A model generated the notes under the pieces. That model did not search any database and had not been told where the DNA came from. It was given only the letters and a program-made list of their open reading frames with translations. The position numbers and the translations under genes were made by a program. A stretch of 63,551 nt of DNA, the filler included, from Ministeria vibrans ATCC 50519 (taxonomy: Eukaryota; Protista; Filasterea): the NCBI GenBank assembly GCA_943704425.1. It is 8 parts of 8 records of this genome, joined end to end, with 100 filler letters (N's around TTAATTAATTAA, not from the genome) between each part and the next. Parts side by side here need not be neighbours in the genome. Positions count along the whole stretch, not along the records: positions 15,704 to 38,436 come from CALSCP010001497.1; positions 38,537 to 52,506 come from CALSCP010001262.1; 6 more parts are not named here. One strand, given 5' to 3'. Positions 25,010-39,131 of the stretch are shown piece by piece (position 1 is the first letter of the stretch; the number at the start of each line of letters is the position of its first letter).

Positions 25010-26379
25010 ATGAGCACTCCTATGTCCATTGAACACAAGCTGGGCATGTCACTCGACGAACTCAAAAAGCTCCAGCCCAAAAAACCCAACAAAGCATCGT
25101 CAAAGCCTAAGGCTGGATCAAAGCCCAAGCCTCAGGCTGGATCAAAGCCCAGAGGTGGCGCCGCAAAGGTTCGCTCTTTGTCCTCTCAGTGAACTTTTTT
25201 TTTTCTTTCCTTCTGTCAACGTCAAAACTAAAATTGTAAATTTCAACTCAAAACAACTCGCATAGAAGGTTGTGTCCAAGGGCAAGGCTCCGGCCAAGCC
25301 TTCAGCAGCTCCCGTAAAGGACCGCGCTCGAAAGGTGAGAGTGTTTCTTTGGCATTTTGTGAATTCGCAAAATGCAGAAAAAAAAAAAAAAAAAAAAAAA
25401 AACGGCCGCAGGTTCAATCGCGTCTGTACTCACCACAAGCGCGCCATGTTGCGCCTTCTGTTGCGTGCAGAACGCCGTGGAAAAACAGAAAGCAGCTCGG
25501 CAGAACCTGCTCAACAAACGACGTGGCCTGGCAACGGTACGACGTCCAACGCGCCAAGTTCAAACCCCCCAAAACTGTGTTCTTCCCTTCTTTTTTTTGT
25601 CTCTTCAGCCAGCGCCTTCTGCGAATGAGAGAAAGACCGCCAAGAAGACTGCAAGCAAGCCCAAGGGCGTCAAAGCAAGCAAGTACGGGCAGTCTCCTCT
25701 CCCTCTCTGATCATTTCATCTCACACAAGCTGCGCACTGGCACACACAGAGGTCTCACTGCCAAACGACCGTCCGTTGCCGCCACCACAGCTAAGCTCGT
25801 CAAGAAACGCGCTACGGCTGCCAAGAAAAGGCCGGCCGCCAAGGTACTCACTCGCAACAGGGTCTGAGCCATTTCCGACCCCTTGTTTTCTTTTTGTGTT
25901 GGTTGGTTGGCACAGGCACCTCAGCAGACTCAACAGACTCAGTCCAAACCCAAAGCGAAAAAGTCACCAGTCAAGGCAAATCGCATGGTCGTAGCTGTAC
26001 CACAGCGTCGTGTAAGTTGAGAGAGAACATTATCAGCGGCACAGTCAACGCGTGGGAACAAATGGGACCGAAAAAGACGATGCACTAAGCGGGATGGATA
26101 TTCATGTAGGAGAAACAACGATCGCAAGTGCAGACGGCGCAACAAAAGGCACGTGCAGCCAAACTGAACAAAGGTCGTTCGATTGCGCCTGCAGCAGCGC
26201 CTGTCGCACACAAGCCAGCAAGCAAGTCGAGACGCGGCAAGCGTGGTGGTGGTGCTGGCGGTAGCAGTGGTGGAGTGGCGGCTGTTGTGGCTGCCTCCGC
26301 ACGCAAGACCCCCAACACTAAGGGCAAGGCCGCCCGCTCGGGCTCCCGTCGCCGCCGTGGCAACAGTCAATCAATTTAA
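25010..26379 (+). CDS. Basic K/R-rich multi-exon protein with an N-terminal UAP56-binding-like motif (FYTTD1/ALYREF/CHTOP-like)
   Basis: IEHKLGMSLDEL resembles the KLDMSLDDI motif. The remainder is low complexity. Confidence 0.55.
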
Positions 26380-26707
26380 TTTTATCACTTTGTTTCTATC
26401 TTTCAATCACTTTTGTCTATCTCTCTATCACTCTCTATTATCACGTTGTTTCCTTTCTCTCTCTCTCTATCACTCTGTTTTCTCTCTCTCTCTCTCTTTC
26501 TTTCTTTCTCGAAAGTTCTTTCAAATTTTTTTCAAAAAAAAAAACAAACCTCATGAACCACGATTAAAAAGTAAAAACAACACCGCTTTTACATCTTTAC
26601 ATTACATTGTTTCTTTTTCCCTCCTCTCTGTCACGTTGTTGCTTTCTTTCTCCTGTTCCTCTCTCTCTCTCTCACTTTGTTTCTTTCTCCCCCTCCTCTC
26701 CTAACGA

Positions 26708-29700
26708 TTACACACGACGATACACTCGATATCGCTCTTCGCGCTCACGAAACCCTTCGGGATCAAGGCTGTTGCGGGCACCTTCAAGCGCAGAGCCGAC
26801 TGCACCCAAGGTACTTCCAATGGGCCGCAGTACAAATGCAGCCAGGTAGCCCTGGTTGCCCTGGCGCGCCATCTCCATAGGGCCCCGGAACCCATCCATG
26901 ATGGTTCGTCCCGCCACACTCAGTCCATCCGCGAGTGTCTCGGGCATCTGCTGATGCTCTTGTACGTCGTTACGCCACATCTCTGTGCTCTCCTTGTCAG
27001 CCCTTTCAGACCCATTCCCTTCATCATTCGTACTAGCGGTTGCTGCTGTTGCTTCTGCTGCTGCTCCAGTCGTTGAGCTTGTTGTTGTTGCTGAGGGCAC
27101 TCTGGCCGCTCCGTTCCCAGTAAAGATCGACTCGGTTTTACGGAGGAAACGCTGAGCCCCCGTGAAGAGGCTGCTTGCCAAATGCGCTGCCTCCACCGTG
27201 GTGCGATGAAGGAAGCCCGACGCGCCTTGCTGCAAGCCGCGAATGACAGCACCGTCCGCCTGGTACTGACGAAGCGGCTCCGTGACGAGCATCGCCACGC
27301 CACTCACCAGATTCGACACGGATCGCACCGGTGTCAAACTGCCCAGTAGATTTGCTGCGTGACTACTCGCATTCGGCACCCACGCTGCCGTCATTGTTTC
27401 GAGCAGTCGTGCAAAGCCACGCTGGCCTGTCACCTTGAGTGGCGCCAAAACCACCACAGCACCCTCCAAATGAAACATATTCACCAAATGCCCATAACGT
27501 CCCATGTCCAGACCTGCAATCTCACTGCGTTTCGGATGGTAGTTGAGTGTCAGCGAAATACGCTCCACCGTCACCGACTGGAAGAACATTCCCCCGCCCG
27601 AACTCGACTCATTCGCCACAGTCGCTCGCTCTGCTCCACCCTCCCCTTTCCCTTGACCTCCTTCTACTTCTTCCTCTTCTTCTTCTTCTTCTTCCTCCTC
27701 CTCCTCATTGCTCGTTGCTGTCGCCGACGACGATGTCATGTCCGACTCGGCCGTGACAGACTCGGCCATCATAGACGCCTCGCCGTCCAGAGTGTCGTCT
27801 GTCGAGTCTCGCAACCCGTCTCGCGCAGCAGCCTGCTGTTGATGTCGTTGCGGTACGCTCTCTGGCTCTTTTTCATGCAGTTGCACTTGCTCGTCGACCG
27901 CGCAGAAGCGCAAAAGAAACTCCAGCGTGTCCTGATCGAGAGCAATCCCCAGCGGCAACAGTCGCACTGACAAACGATGCTCTTCATCTCCAAAGCTGCG
28001 GCTGGGGCGCACCGAGAGAAGCTCGAGCAAGAGCATGCTCGAGTCGGTCGCGCGCGGCTCGGCACGGGTGCGTTGGAAACCGAGGAGTAGGCGCACTCCG
28101 CTGGTGAGCACACGATCGAAAACGTCGAGATGGCGCAAGTCGACCACGAGACGCGACGCCTCGCTGTGGCCCGCCTCAAACTCATCAAGACCCACGTTGA
28201 GACCGAGTAGGCGCACTTCAATGGAGATGTTCTCGTTGCGCGTCCCTTTGAAGTCTGCGCCGTCGCACAGGCGGACGTTGATCGACATGTCACGCAGGTT
28301 CATACGGAATGTGCTCGGCGGGTGACGTCGTGGCACGGCAAGTGGGTCACGCTCCTTCTCGGGGACTTTGGTAAAATGGTTGGTCACCAATCGCCACGCT
28401 CCGTCGAGCACACGCACACTTCCCTCATCAGCACGGTCCAGATAGCGCCAAGGTGCATTCTCGGGGGTCGGCTCAAGATCATCCGGCCCCATCGTCGTCG
28501 CTGGTGGTGTGCGTCGATGACGCCGTGAAGATTGCTTTGTTGTTGTTGTGGCGGTCGTCGTCGTTGTCGTCGTCGCAGTGTCATCTTCGAAAATGTCCGT
28601 GTTCATCGACTCCAACAACGTGCTGCTTAGGTCCGCCTGATTCGACGCGGCAACCGGATAAATCACCTCGGCCCACAACTTCAGATCTCTCGCACGATCA
28701 CCTTCGACCATGCCGTACTCACCGTCCTCCTCGTGAACAGTGTGCTCATCGTCGTCGTTAAAGTCATCGTCATAGTCTTCCTCATCAAAGGGTTCCGCAC
28801 GACTGCCTCGGCTGCTGCAACCTCCTTTCTTCTTCCTACTCATGTGCTGCGTCACCTCGAAATCTTCATTGTCGCTCTCGTCATCCCCGTCACTGTCCGT
28901 CTCAATGAGCGTTCCACCCGTGTCAGCGCGCGCACGAGACAGCGCCTCGTTGACCGAAGGCCGACTGCTCACCATGATAGACTCGTCTCCAATAAAGGGT
29001 TCGCCACGCTGCTGTGCGGCCGCAGCAGCAGCCGACATACTCGCAGGCATCTTGTAGGCAGTGGGCGATGCATAGCCGTCGTCTCCATAACCACCAACAA
29101 ACATAGGCTTCTCCCTGTCATCCTCCTCCTCCCCCTCCGACTCGTCACTGTCCACATGAAGCACCTGGGCGTCCGTGCCTCCAAACGGTAAGTAGCCGTG
29201 TCCACGGCGACCCGCGTCCAGTTTTCCTGCACGACGCAAATCTTCGCCAATAAAGCCATCCTCGTCGGCTTCGTCCAGGTACGAGCGCGACTCCCCATAG
29301 GCGGGTGCAACAGTCTGGCGTCCGCGACGACTGCGTGGTGTCGAGCGTGGCACATGCACAGCGTCCACAAAACTCGACTCGGCCAAGGGATCCCGAGCGC
29401 CACTCATGCCCGACGTCGTTGACAAGGACATGTCGCGTGACGACATCATCGCGTCGATCAAGTCGTAACCATCGCGCTCCTTCCCCTGCCACTGCCGAGT
29501 TTCACTCTGCTTCGCCTGAAAGGCCTTCTCGGGCGACACAAACGTGCGTCCATCCAATGGCTTGTCCACATCATCGAGCAGCTCGTGAAGCTCGGCAACC
29601 ACGTCGGCCGTCCCGGTAGCAGCCGTGGTACGCGTCGATTCGGTTGGTTTGGTCGTCGTCGTCGTCGTCGTCGACGACGACGACAGTCCAATTATCGACG

Positions 29701-32700
29701 CGGCACAACTGGCCAGGTCGCTCGCTTCCAGAAGCTGCTCTGCATTCAGAGACGCATTTGCATCGCGCACCTGCGACGACGCGCCATCGAAGGCAACTTG
29801 GGTCACGGTTGCTGTCTTCTTCAAAACGGCTCCTTGTGCTGTTGTGCTCGCCGACATTGGGTCTCCCGTTGCTGCCCTTGTTGCTGTCGCCGCCGCAGTG
29901 GTCCTCGTCGACGTTGACTCCACTGGCGATTTGGCTTCAAAGTCACCGCGGTTCATGTAGTGAGCAAGAGTAGAGGCAAATGCGGAGAATGAATCACGAC
30001 ACGCACACACATAGAGATCGCCGTTGGACACCTCGACGGCCAAGTTAGGACGCGCATCGGGAATGCCCGCTCGCACAAATACGTGTGCGGTGTCATTTTT
30101 CAGTACGTGCACAAAGTGTCGTGTGGTCAACAGTGCATACGACGATTCGGCCTCCTGTTCCACATTGGCAAGCGGGAGCACACGATCCGCATCGTCACAA
30201 ATCCAGGCTGTTGTGTCCTCAAACCACACGTTGACGCGCGTGTCGGGCACACCCGGCACGACAGAGCATGAAAGGCGAAGCATGTCGCTGTGAAGCGCCG
30301 CCACCGACGTGAGCGTTCGCTTGGGCGCATACTCAATAGTGAGGTCGGGCACCGTCAGGTAGATGTTCGTAAAGGTGGGCACCGGTACGAATCCTTGTAC
30401 ACACGTGTCGGGCAACAGCAAAATGTCAATCACATGAAACACCCAATGTCGCCCAGTCTCGTCTCGCACCGCATGTTGCACATGTCCGCCACGCACGTCA
30501 ATGGACAGGACCACTTGTTTGCGATCTCGACGCACGTCCACACTCGATGACATGCCCACGGCAAGCATGTCATTGTCGGCGTGCGTCGATACCTTGTTGG
30601 GTCGAACCACAGGTACAATGACTCCTTCGCTCGTCTCGTCCAACGTAAATGTCTTTGCCGTCAGCATCAAATGAGTGCCTGCACTGCCCAAATAGCCGCT
30701 CGCCATGGTCACACCAAGATCGTTAAAGTGCACCTCGTAGCGTCGCAGTTCCTCCTCACTGGGCGTCGTGAGTGCCGCCTCGTCCTCGGTGACCACAAGC
30801 CAGGCGGAGGTAACGTGCAACATCACAGCGGACGATGTGACACCCGAGCCGCCTGGGTGGGCAAAGGGATCGGTTGAGGCATTCGACTTGCCGGCTGGAG
30901 TCTCCTTGCTCCTCCTCCTCTTCTTCTTCTTCTTCTTATTCTTCTCCTTCGCCCCCGTTTCCTTCTTCTTCTTCGTCTTTTTCTTCTTCACCTCAGTCGA
31001 TACTTGGGTCTCCTTCGCCTCTGCCGTTTTCGTCGTCTTCTTTCCCGACAACCGAGTCGGAGGCTCATCCGCCTTGGCTCGCTGCACATGGGCACCCACT
31101 TCCTCCTTGTGGACTCCGACAGCGCCCTCGTCGTCATCGGCAGCCTGCTCCTCGCCTCCATCTTCATCGTCGTCGTCTTCTTCTTCTTCTTCTTCTCCTT
31201 CTTCCTCTTCCCCATCCTCCTCCTCCTCCTCCTCCTCCTCCGCAGCAGCAGCAGCATCGGAATTCTTGGTGTCGTCAGAGGTGTCGCAAGACAGTTTTGC
31301 AAGCAGACCAAGCGGGGACCAGAGTAGGAGCGAATCGAGGCAGCTGTGGGCAGCGTCCAGCTGGCCTTTGGAACAGACAATCCACACGATGGGAGAGGAC
31401 ACTTGGAGTGCCGACTGTGCAGTCGAGCACACTTCGTTGCGAAACAGAGCAGCCCCCCGACGGTCTCCGGCAGTGCGGCCGTGTTCACCGACCGTTCCAA
31501 ACGGGCTTGGAGTCGATGAGAAGGCCCGTTGCCACGCTCGAGGCTTGCTCGCGCCGCCTGCCTCGACAAAGGTGAAGCCATCCTCCTCGACATCAGACTC
31601 TTCCACAGCCTCACAAGCTCGGAGTTCACTCGTTGTGTCCGTTTCAATGGGCGGTGTCGTTGTCGTTGTTGTCGTTTTTGTCGACTCTCGTGGTGACGTT
31701 GGTGGTGGACTGCGTGACTTGTGCGCCGTTTCAGCTGACGCGGGTACAGGCTCACCACCAGAGCCATTGATGCCACCAGAGCGCTCCAATTGCTTCATAC
31801 TAGTCCATGTAATCAGCGGTACATCAATGTCCTCGTGTGAGGGCACGTCGAGTCGAACATTCTGAAAGTCATCACGTTCGCCCAAATTGAGAAACTGCGA
31901 GCCCCCAAGACTGTCCGAGCCCGAGTAGCAACCCGATGCTGCTGTTGAAGCGGTAGCCGTCGTCGTCGTCGTTAGAGGGGCTGAGCAAGCCTTGAGGATG
32001 GGTACTGTTCGGCCACTTATTTGTGACAAGTAAACGGAGGCATGGGCAAAGGAGATGGCCAGGTCAATGTCGGACGAAGGTTCGGCAATGGCCATGGACG
32101 CTGCGGTGAGCGGACCCAGCGACTCAATGGCCGACAGCGACTCGGTGAGCGTGTTGCAGTTGGTAGGTCGACCCTGGCGCACGTCGAGGTCATGAATGTC
32201 GACGATCAACGACGAGTCGAGCGCCTCAGGTTGCGTGAACTGTCGCAGTAGGCCCGCCTCGTGCGACTTGGGTGCCGCCAAGTCAATGATGGGCACGCGT
32301 AGATGCAAGCGAATTGACTCAGCGCTTACACGCAAGAGAGTAGTGGCAACTAGCGGTGGGTGTTCGGGAAGTAGTGACGCAAGGCCTGAGCGATGGTATG
32401 CGCCGCTCGTGACCGTTCCGTGGACCCCAACAACGGTCGCCGGCAGGTTGTCGGTGTTGTTGTTGGCAAATCGAACGTGCGACTTGGCTCTGCTACTGAG
32501 GGGATGCGCTGCAGACGGGTTGCGCATTGCCGAGACGGGTGGCGAGCGCGCCGTCGCTGTTGTTGTTTCACTGCGGTGTCTGTCGCTGCCCACTGCCGCT
32601 GAGGCAGCCTCCTCCATCTCGCGGCATTGTTTTGCGGTCGGCATTTGACTCCGTGGGTGACTCACCGATCGATCAAGGATGGCCTGCAGACGATCGAGCA

Positions 32701-35666
32701 TAGTAATGTCGAGGGTGACAAGACAAGGCAAGAGCGATGCATTCACCATGGTGTCGTGTACCCCGGAAGACGTGTCGCGAAAGGAAGTGGACACGACCGC
32801 GCGCGACGATACAACAATGCGCACGTCCGACTGAATGGTCGCCATCTGAGCGGGGCGCTCTGGCACGTGCTCAAAGGGCGGAATGCCACAGTCGCTAGGG
32901 GAGGTTTCAGCAACGCAAAGTGATGGCACAAAGCGAATGACGGGAGAGCGGACCATGTCGGACGTGCTGATGAGAAGACCGTCATCGACGGAGCCACGCG
33001 GCCAAAGCAACTCGGCGACATGCAACTGGAAGGAACAGCGTGTGACCGTGGGACTGACAATGACCGCAAGAGACGAGAAGGCCGCCTGCAAACGATCGCG
33101 AGCAAACGCACCGACAACGGTTGGATCAAAGCATGCGGCCGCGTCCGTCGTCTCCTTGGTCTGCTTGGCCTCCTGAGCACTTACGACGGCACGCAGGTGT
33201 GCATCGACAGCCATGATGTCGTGAGTAGAGTCCAGGTCACGATAGAGCAGGGCAAGCGACCCTTGACCCACGGTGATTTTGATGCCGAGCGTTGCATTGG
33301 ACTTCTTGAGACGTATACTCGAAGACGATAGACTGGCAAACCCATCGACTCCTCCTCCTCCTCCACCACCACCAACACCAGTAGTAGTCGCCGCCGTCGT
33401 CGTCGTAGTATTAGTAGTAGTAGTAGTAGTAGTAGTAGAAGTAGTAGCAGAAGCACCCGGTGACACGACCGACATGTTGCTTGAGCCCATACTGGGTTCG
33501 TGCTCGCGACCACCGCTTGCCAGGTTTGACTCGCTAGTTGAACTGCCACCGCCAGTGGTAGCCGCCTCGGCAAAATCCGAGAGAAGATCCGACAAGAGAT
33601 GTAACTGACGAGGTGCGAGCATGACATGAAGCGAACTAATGTTGAACTTGACGTCGTCAAGACGCATGCCGTTGTCGCAAATTCGCAGCGTCAACTGACC
33701 CGGCACTTTCTTTTGGCCTGGCAACGAGACGCCTGAGCGTGCAATGGTGCCAAGCCATCGATACTCGGGAACCATGGTAAAATGCGAGGCATCACTGCTG
33801 GGATCGAGTGCATCCACGGTCGACCTGGTGAGCGCATCCAATTCGCTCTCGCCAAAGGCCACCGACTCGGAGCCCCGACGAAACGAACGATACAAATTGT
33901 GCTGTTGATGTTGTTGCTGGAAAGAGCCTCGTAGTGCGTCTTGATCATCATCAGTGTCCCGCTCAGACGCACGATTTGACTCATCGTTGACGCTGTCCTC
34001 GTCGTGTCGCGAAGTGAAACTTTCACGACAATCGGCAAACTCGTCGTCGCCCTCTTCGACCAGTTCGGACGCCGACAGGTGGGGCGAATTCACCTGAGAC
34101 TCAATGAGAGGCGAGTCGGTGAGAGGCGAGTCGACATGCGCGAGAATCTCTTGGCCGGTCGCCTCGTAGAGGTGCAGCGAGATGTCGGAAAAATCAATTT
34201 GTTTTGTGGCGGTGCCGGGCTGCGCGGAGTCACCTGCGTCGGAGTATTTGACGTGGGCCATTCCGAGGCGCAACTCGACATCTCGTTTGAGTGCTTCGGA
34301 GTGGTGTTGAAAAGAGACCTCGAGGTCCTTCAAGGTCACATTGATGTTGCCCAAGATCTTCTCGACGGTCGCCTGCACCACACCCTCTGCTTCTTTCGGG
34401 GTCGTTAGGTGTTTGCTCGTGCCTAGCGTCCGTTGTTGACGCGATTCCCTGCGATGCTCACTGTGCCCCTCGTCGTCTGTGTCATCATCATCATCATCGT
34501 CGTCGTCGTCATCGTCGTCGTCGTGTACGGTTCGCCTTGCCTTGGTACGACGCTTGCGGCGTCTGTTGGAATCGTCTGCGTCGTCATGAGACGGCTGATC
34601 GGCCTCGTCGCCACTCGACTCGAGGTCGTACATAGCATTGCCAAAGCGCACTGGATTGTTGCGACAGGTGCTGCGTCGCATGGACTCGACGAGTTCGTTC
34701 GCCGACAAGCCGCTTCGTCGGAGGTCTTCGTCTGGACGCATAAACTCGGCGGCGATATCGCTGGACAAGTCGAGAGATGACAGGGCCGACCCAAGACCAC
34801 TAAACATGAGTTTGCTGCGAATGAGATCTTCACGACGTCGTGTCTCGTCGGGATCTTCTTCGCTCGACAAGCGCGGTCGCACTGTGATGCGCAGACCCTC
34901 AAATTCAAAGTTCCAATTGCCCGACAAAACTTCTCCGACCGGTATGCGCCCAATAATGCGCTTCACCGAGCATTCTGTAATGACCACCGGAAGGAGGTTG
35001 CAAACGAGTGCATTCAACTCCTAATGATTGAGAAAGGGATGAGTGAAAAAATATTATTATTATTATTATTATTGGGGATTTTTCGTCGAGATAATGTCGC
35101 TCGGCCCTGGTGCAAAAACCAAAGCAGCCTTTTGCCAGAACAACAATGAAAATAGTGAGTATCGTCGTGTAGCGGGTACACGGCGGACGAGCGGCACCAA
35201 AAAACGCTTCGCTGTGCCGCCCAGGCGAAAAGTTCGCCGCTCAAGACACGAAGGATTTTTTTTCTTTTTTTTTTTTCGTCTTGCCAAGACACACAAAAGT
35301 GAAACGTCAGCCGATTCAAGGACAACAAGTGGCCCAAAGCTGAGAGGGTGTCCGTTATTCGGCTTGTGAGCAAGAGGCGAGCAGAAAAGAAGGGTGGGAG
35401 AGCCGCAGAGAGAGTGTGTGACTGTGGGTCGACGAGACGAAACAAAGCAGAAAAAAAAACGCTCTCTCTCTCTCTCTGTCTCTCTCTCTCTTTTTCTTTC
35501 TCCCTTTTCTTACATCGATGTCGAAACAGGCGTTGCGAAACTCTGCAAACCCGTCGGTGAAGCGAACATGGAGCTGATCGAGTTCAATCTCTTGGTTGAG
35601 GTAAGGACCAACAATACGCTTGAGGCCCACTTTAAATAGCCGCTTTTGCCAGTCAAATATGGACAT
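26708..35666 (-). CDS. ATG2: Autophagy-related protein 2 (exons 35666-35514 and 35020-26708)
   Basis: Chorein-N start, CACRDSF motif, LLPLGIALDQDTLEFL, LNYHPKR, and C-terminal GVAMLV..P..Y..DG.VIRGLQQG and LEGARNSLDP. Confidence 0.95.
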
Positions 35667-35839
35667 TTTACACAGGGATTAGAGTTTTATACAGGATGTG
35701 TTAAAATAGGAAAAAAAAGAATGAAAATTGAATTGTTGACAGTTGAAAAGGACAAAAAATATTGAAGATAAGAAAAGAGTTTTTAATTGTCACATTCATG
35801 AATCATTCACACATACACATAATTTTCAATAGTCCTGCA

Positions 35840-38406
35840 ATGCGGCTGCCGTTCACCGCCAAACAGAGTGGGATACTTGTGACAGCTCTTTTAGTGATGG
35901 TGGTGATGGTGAATATGAGGAGAATGACAAGTGGCGAAGAAGCACATCATTTAGACGGACGATTTAACGTGGTACACGACAGCTTGTCGTCGACTCACCA
36001 GTCCTCTGAGTACCACCTCAATGGCCGGCTAGCAAAGTTGTTTGAAGCGTCGCCTCCTCGACGCAGCGCGAGCGAACGCTCTGCAACTGCAAACGACTCG
36101 CCCGATGAGGACACGTCTTCTGCAAACGACTCGTCGGACAGCGACGTCTCATCACCACAAGAGGGCCACACACAAGACGATAGACAGTACATCAGTGAAG
36201 GGCCAAAGCGCAAGGACACGCCAGAGACGCGCGAGCAAAACAAGGCACAATGTGCAAGTGTCTTTGAAATGCTCAACATCCAGCCGCTGAGCGACGCCGC
36301 CGCAGGCATGGTCGCGTACAAAGCGGGCCAAATTGCCACCTCTGCCACCCCCGTTGACATTGATTGGACGACACCCTTTCCGTGGGACACCTATCGAGAC
36401 ACCCTTTCCAGTCTGGTTTTGTTCGAACTGCTCTCCTTTCGCGTTCAACTCCTGCCGCTGCTCTCCGTCTACTGCGTCAGCGGCGACCCAATTCTGCTGC
36501 GCCAAGCAGTCGCTTACATATTTGACTGGGCACACCATTTCCCCGCCGTTGAATGGTCCGAAAATTATGCCACAGTAGCATCAGGCTGGCAAGTACGGGT
36601 TGCAACAGCAGAGCCAATAAAATATTTTATTACATACTAATTTCTGACTTTTTATTGCAGGACATGGAGGTGGGCCTTCGAGCGCGTATGTTGGCGTTGG
36701 TGTACGGATTGTGTGTGCAACGATCGGACAATGTGCTGTGGAACACGGAGCGTCGTGAGTTTGATCGACTGCTCGGCGACCATGCCATGTTTATCCGGAG
36801 CATTCCTCTCGATGCAGCCCTCGAGCAACACCGCGAGTTGCACCAGCTACACATGAGCCTGGGGCTTGTTTCTATCTGCCTTGTTGGAGGACGCTCCGCA
36901 GCGGCTGCCATCAACCCAAGAGAGCGTACCGCACGCATGGTAGAATGGAAAACATTTGGCGAGGCGCTTTTTGCGCAGGCGCTCACGCCCCTGTTCAGTC
37001 TCAACGACGCGCTCTCCAAGAGCCACTCGTCCGACTATCATGCAGCCTTTGTCGAGCTGATTTCCACCGCGGCCAGGCTCGGCATGAACTCAGCCAGTCG
37101 TCACTATCATGAGTACGAGAGCGCGTCGACGCGTCTCGACAACAATCGTCGCTGGTTCACCATGCCGGATGGCTTGCCCGTCCTCTTTGGCGACACATCC
37201 ATTCCTACTCGCTACCTGCGCCGCGACATTCCGGCCATCAAGCAAAAGGCGATTGAGTCGATGCGCTCCAACTTCACCTGTCCACCGGCAAAGGGGGGCA
37301 AGGCGGTCTTCCACGAGGCTGGCTATGCCTTTGCATGTCATCAGCACACGCATGAGACCCTTCTCACACCCAAAAGCAACGGCAACAGTGTCTCGTACCT
37401 TGCGGTGACGGCGGCGACACACTCTCATGTGCACAAGCATGCCGATGACATGAGCTTCTCGCTGTTCGAGGGCTACCGACGCGTCTTTGTCGACACCGGC
37501 AAGCACTCGTACAAGTATGGGGATGGCGAGCGTCTTCGCTCCATTGGCATGGGCGCCCACAACACCATCATGCCTTTGCACTATCGCTGGGTGCCCTGTT
37601 TCCGACCCACTGGTTGCATGCAAGGCAAGGATCAGCTTGATCGTAGCGGCCAGGAGCCGGCGTACGGCAGCGGCATTGTCGCCGAGGCGCGCACACGCGC
37701 CTGGGGTTTCGCCGTCCTCACCGAGAACTTTGGCTACGAGCGTCTCAAGACGCGTGTGATGCGCGCCTACCTCTATCGACCCGGCGAGCTTCTCATTATT
37801 GTCGACCGCGTAACGCGTTTGTCGGGCGGACCCCACCTTGCCTGGCAACGTCACTTTCACATGGCACCCGGCCTCGAACTGCACTACATTTCGGACGACC
37901 AGGGCAACTTTACCCAGGCGGTGCGTGCGCGCGACCGACAAAGGCATGTGCCGCGTCCCTGGCGCTGGATCCTTCGCGATCACTCACCTTTGTCGCCCAA
38001 AGGTTACGATCCACGAACCAAAGAGGGAGCGTGGAAGTGGGGCGCAACTGTGCCCACGCTCGACGAGACCAAGGTGTACTTTGCACCGGAGCAACCCGTC
38101 ACGGTGAACCTCTTGCGCTTCTCCAATGACCCCATTCGCATGGACACCAAAGTGCCCCACGTGCTCAACCAGAAGATCTCGTCGGGTCCGCGCCATCGAC
38201 TGTTTGTCTCGTCGGTTGAGACGGTGCAACGTCAGACGGGTGAGCCGCCTGGTCACAGTGTCGTCGACACCGTCACGGTCACCTGGGACGAGAATGAGCG
38301 CACTGAAGGAGGCGACAAGGCTGTCCACAAGCTTTCTGTTTCAGTTCGATACCTCAATGGCACAGTTCTCGCTGGAGACGTCGTCTTTGGCGACGCGGCT
38401 TTGTAA
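35840..38406 (+). CDS. Heparinase II/III-family polysaccharide lyase with an N-terminal membrane anchor (intron 36593-36660)
   Basis: Spliced WQDMEVGLRA; MPDGLPVLFGDT; AGYA; HKHADDMSF; VFVDTGKHSY; AHNTI. Confidence 0.85.
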
Positions 38407-38536
38407 AAATGAAACAAAAATATTTTATTATTATAANNNNNNNNNNNNNNNNNNNNNNNNNNNNNNNNNNNNNNNNNNNNTTAATTAATTAANNNNNNNN
38501 NNNNNNNNNNNNNNNNNNNNNNNNNNNNNNNNNNNN

Positions 38537-38591
38537 CCTAACCCTAACCCTAACCCTAACCCTAACCCTAACCCTAACCCTAACCCTAACC
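38537..38591 (-). repeat. Telomeric repeat, chromosome end 2
   Basis: Perfect CCCTAA array at the start of a scaffold. Confidence 0.97.
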
Positions 38592-38860
38592 GAGACATGA
38601 ACTTTACGATTGTATTCAGACGTTTAACACATACTCAAGCAGCTTATGGGGCCCACTCGGAATACATCGCGATCCTCAACACACACATCAAACACAAACA
38701 CACACAAGAGGATACTACAAGCAACACCAAAGAACAAATTCCAAAACAACACACACATAATATCAAAAACAAACAATCACGTACAATAACAAAACAAAAC
38801 ATTCACACACAAAAGTAACACAAAACGCTACAATAACAAACACAAGACCAAACAAACAAA
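38592..38860 (-). mobile_element. Shorter 5'-truncated copy of the telomeric retroelement (3' UTR only)
   Basis: Matches 73-339 and is followed by ccctaactctaaccc. Confidence 0.75.
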
Positions 38861-38885
38861 CCCTAACTCTAACCCGTAATACACA

Positions 38886-39131
38886 TTAGTCCCAACGCGT
38901 GGTCAGGTTTGGCAAATTATCATTGTTCTTTCCCATATTGCCACGCAAGCGCTCAAGACAATCGCGAGCAATCCCATCATCACGCTCATTCCACTTCACC
39001 TCACGCGTTTGAACGCGATCTGTTACATGTGCCTTCTTGTGCTTAACCTCTGTTTTGGCGTGAATCTCCTCACGCACCAATAAAAGCTCGCACAGCAGAC
39101 CCAGAGCCATCGGAGAGCACGAACGGGGCAA
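38886..39131 (-). pseudogene. Retroelement-type RNase H C-terminal fragment
   Basis: VKHKKAH...WNERDDGIAR resembles the RNase HI V.AH...NE.AD.LA motif. Confidence 0.5.

Noticed and set aside
26920-34953. Many long antisense and alternative-frame ORFs over ATG2 (likewise over the transposase, heparinase and TMEM87)
   Set aside because: These are shadow ORFs of GC-rich, low-complexity coding sequence.
38537-38591. Interstitial telomere or chromosome fusion
   Set aside because: It directly follows a linker, so it is the start of another scaffold.
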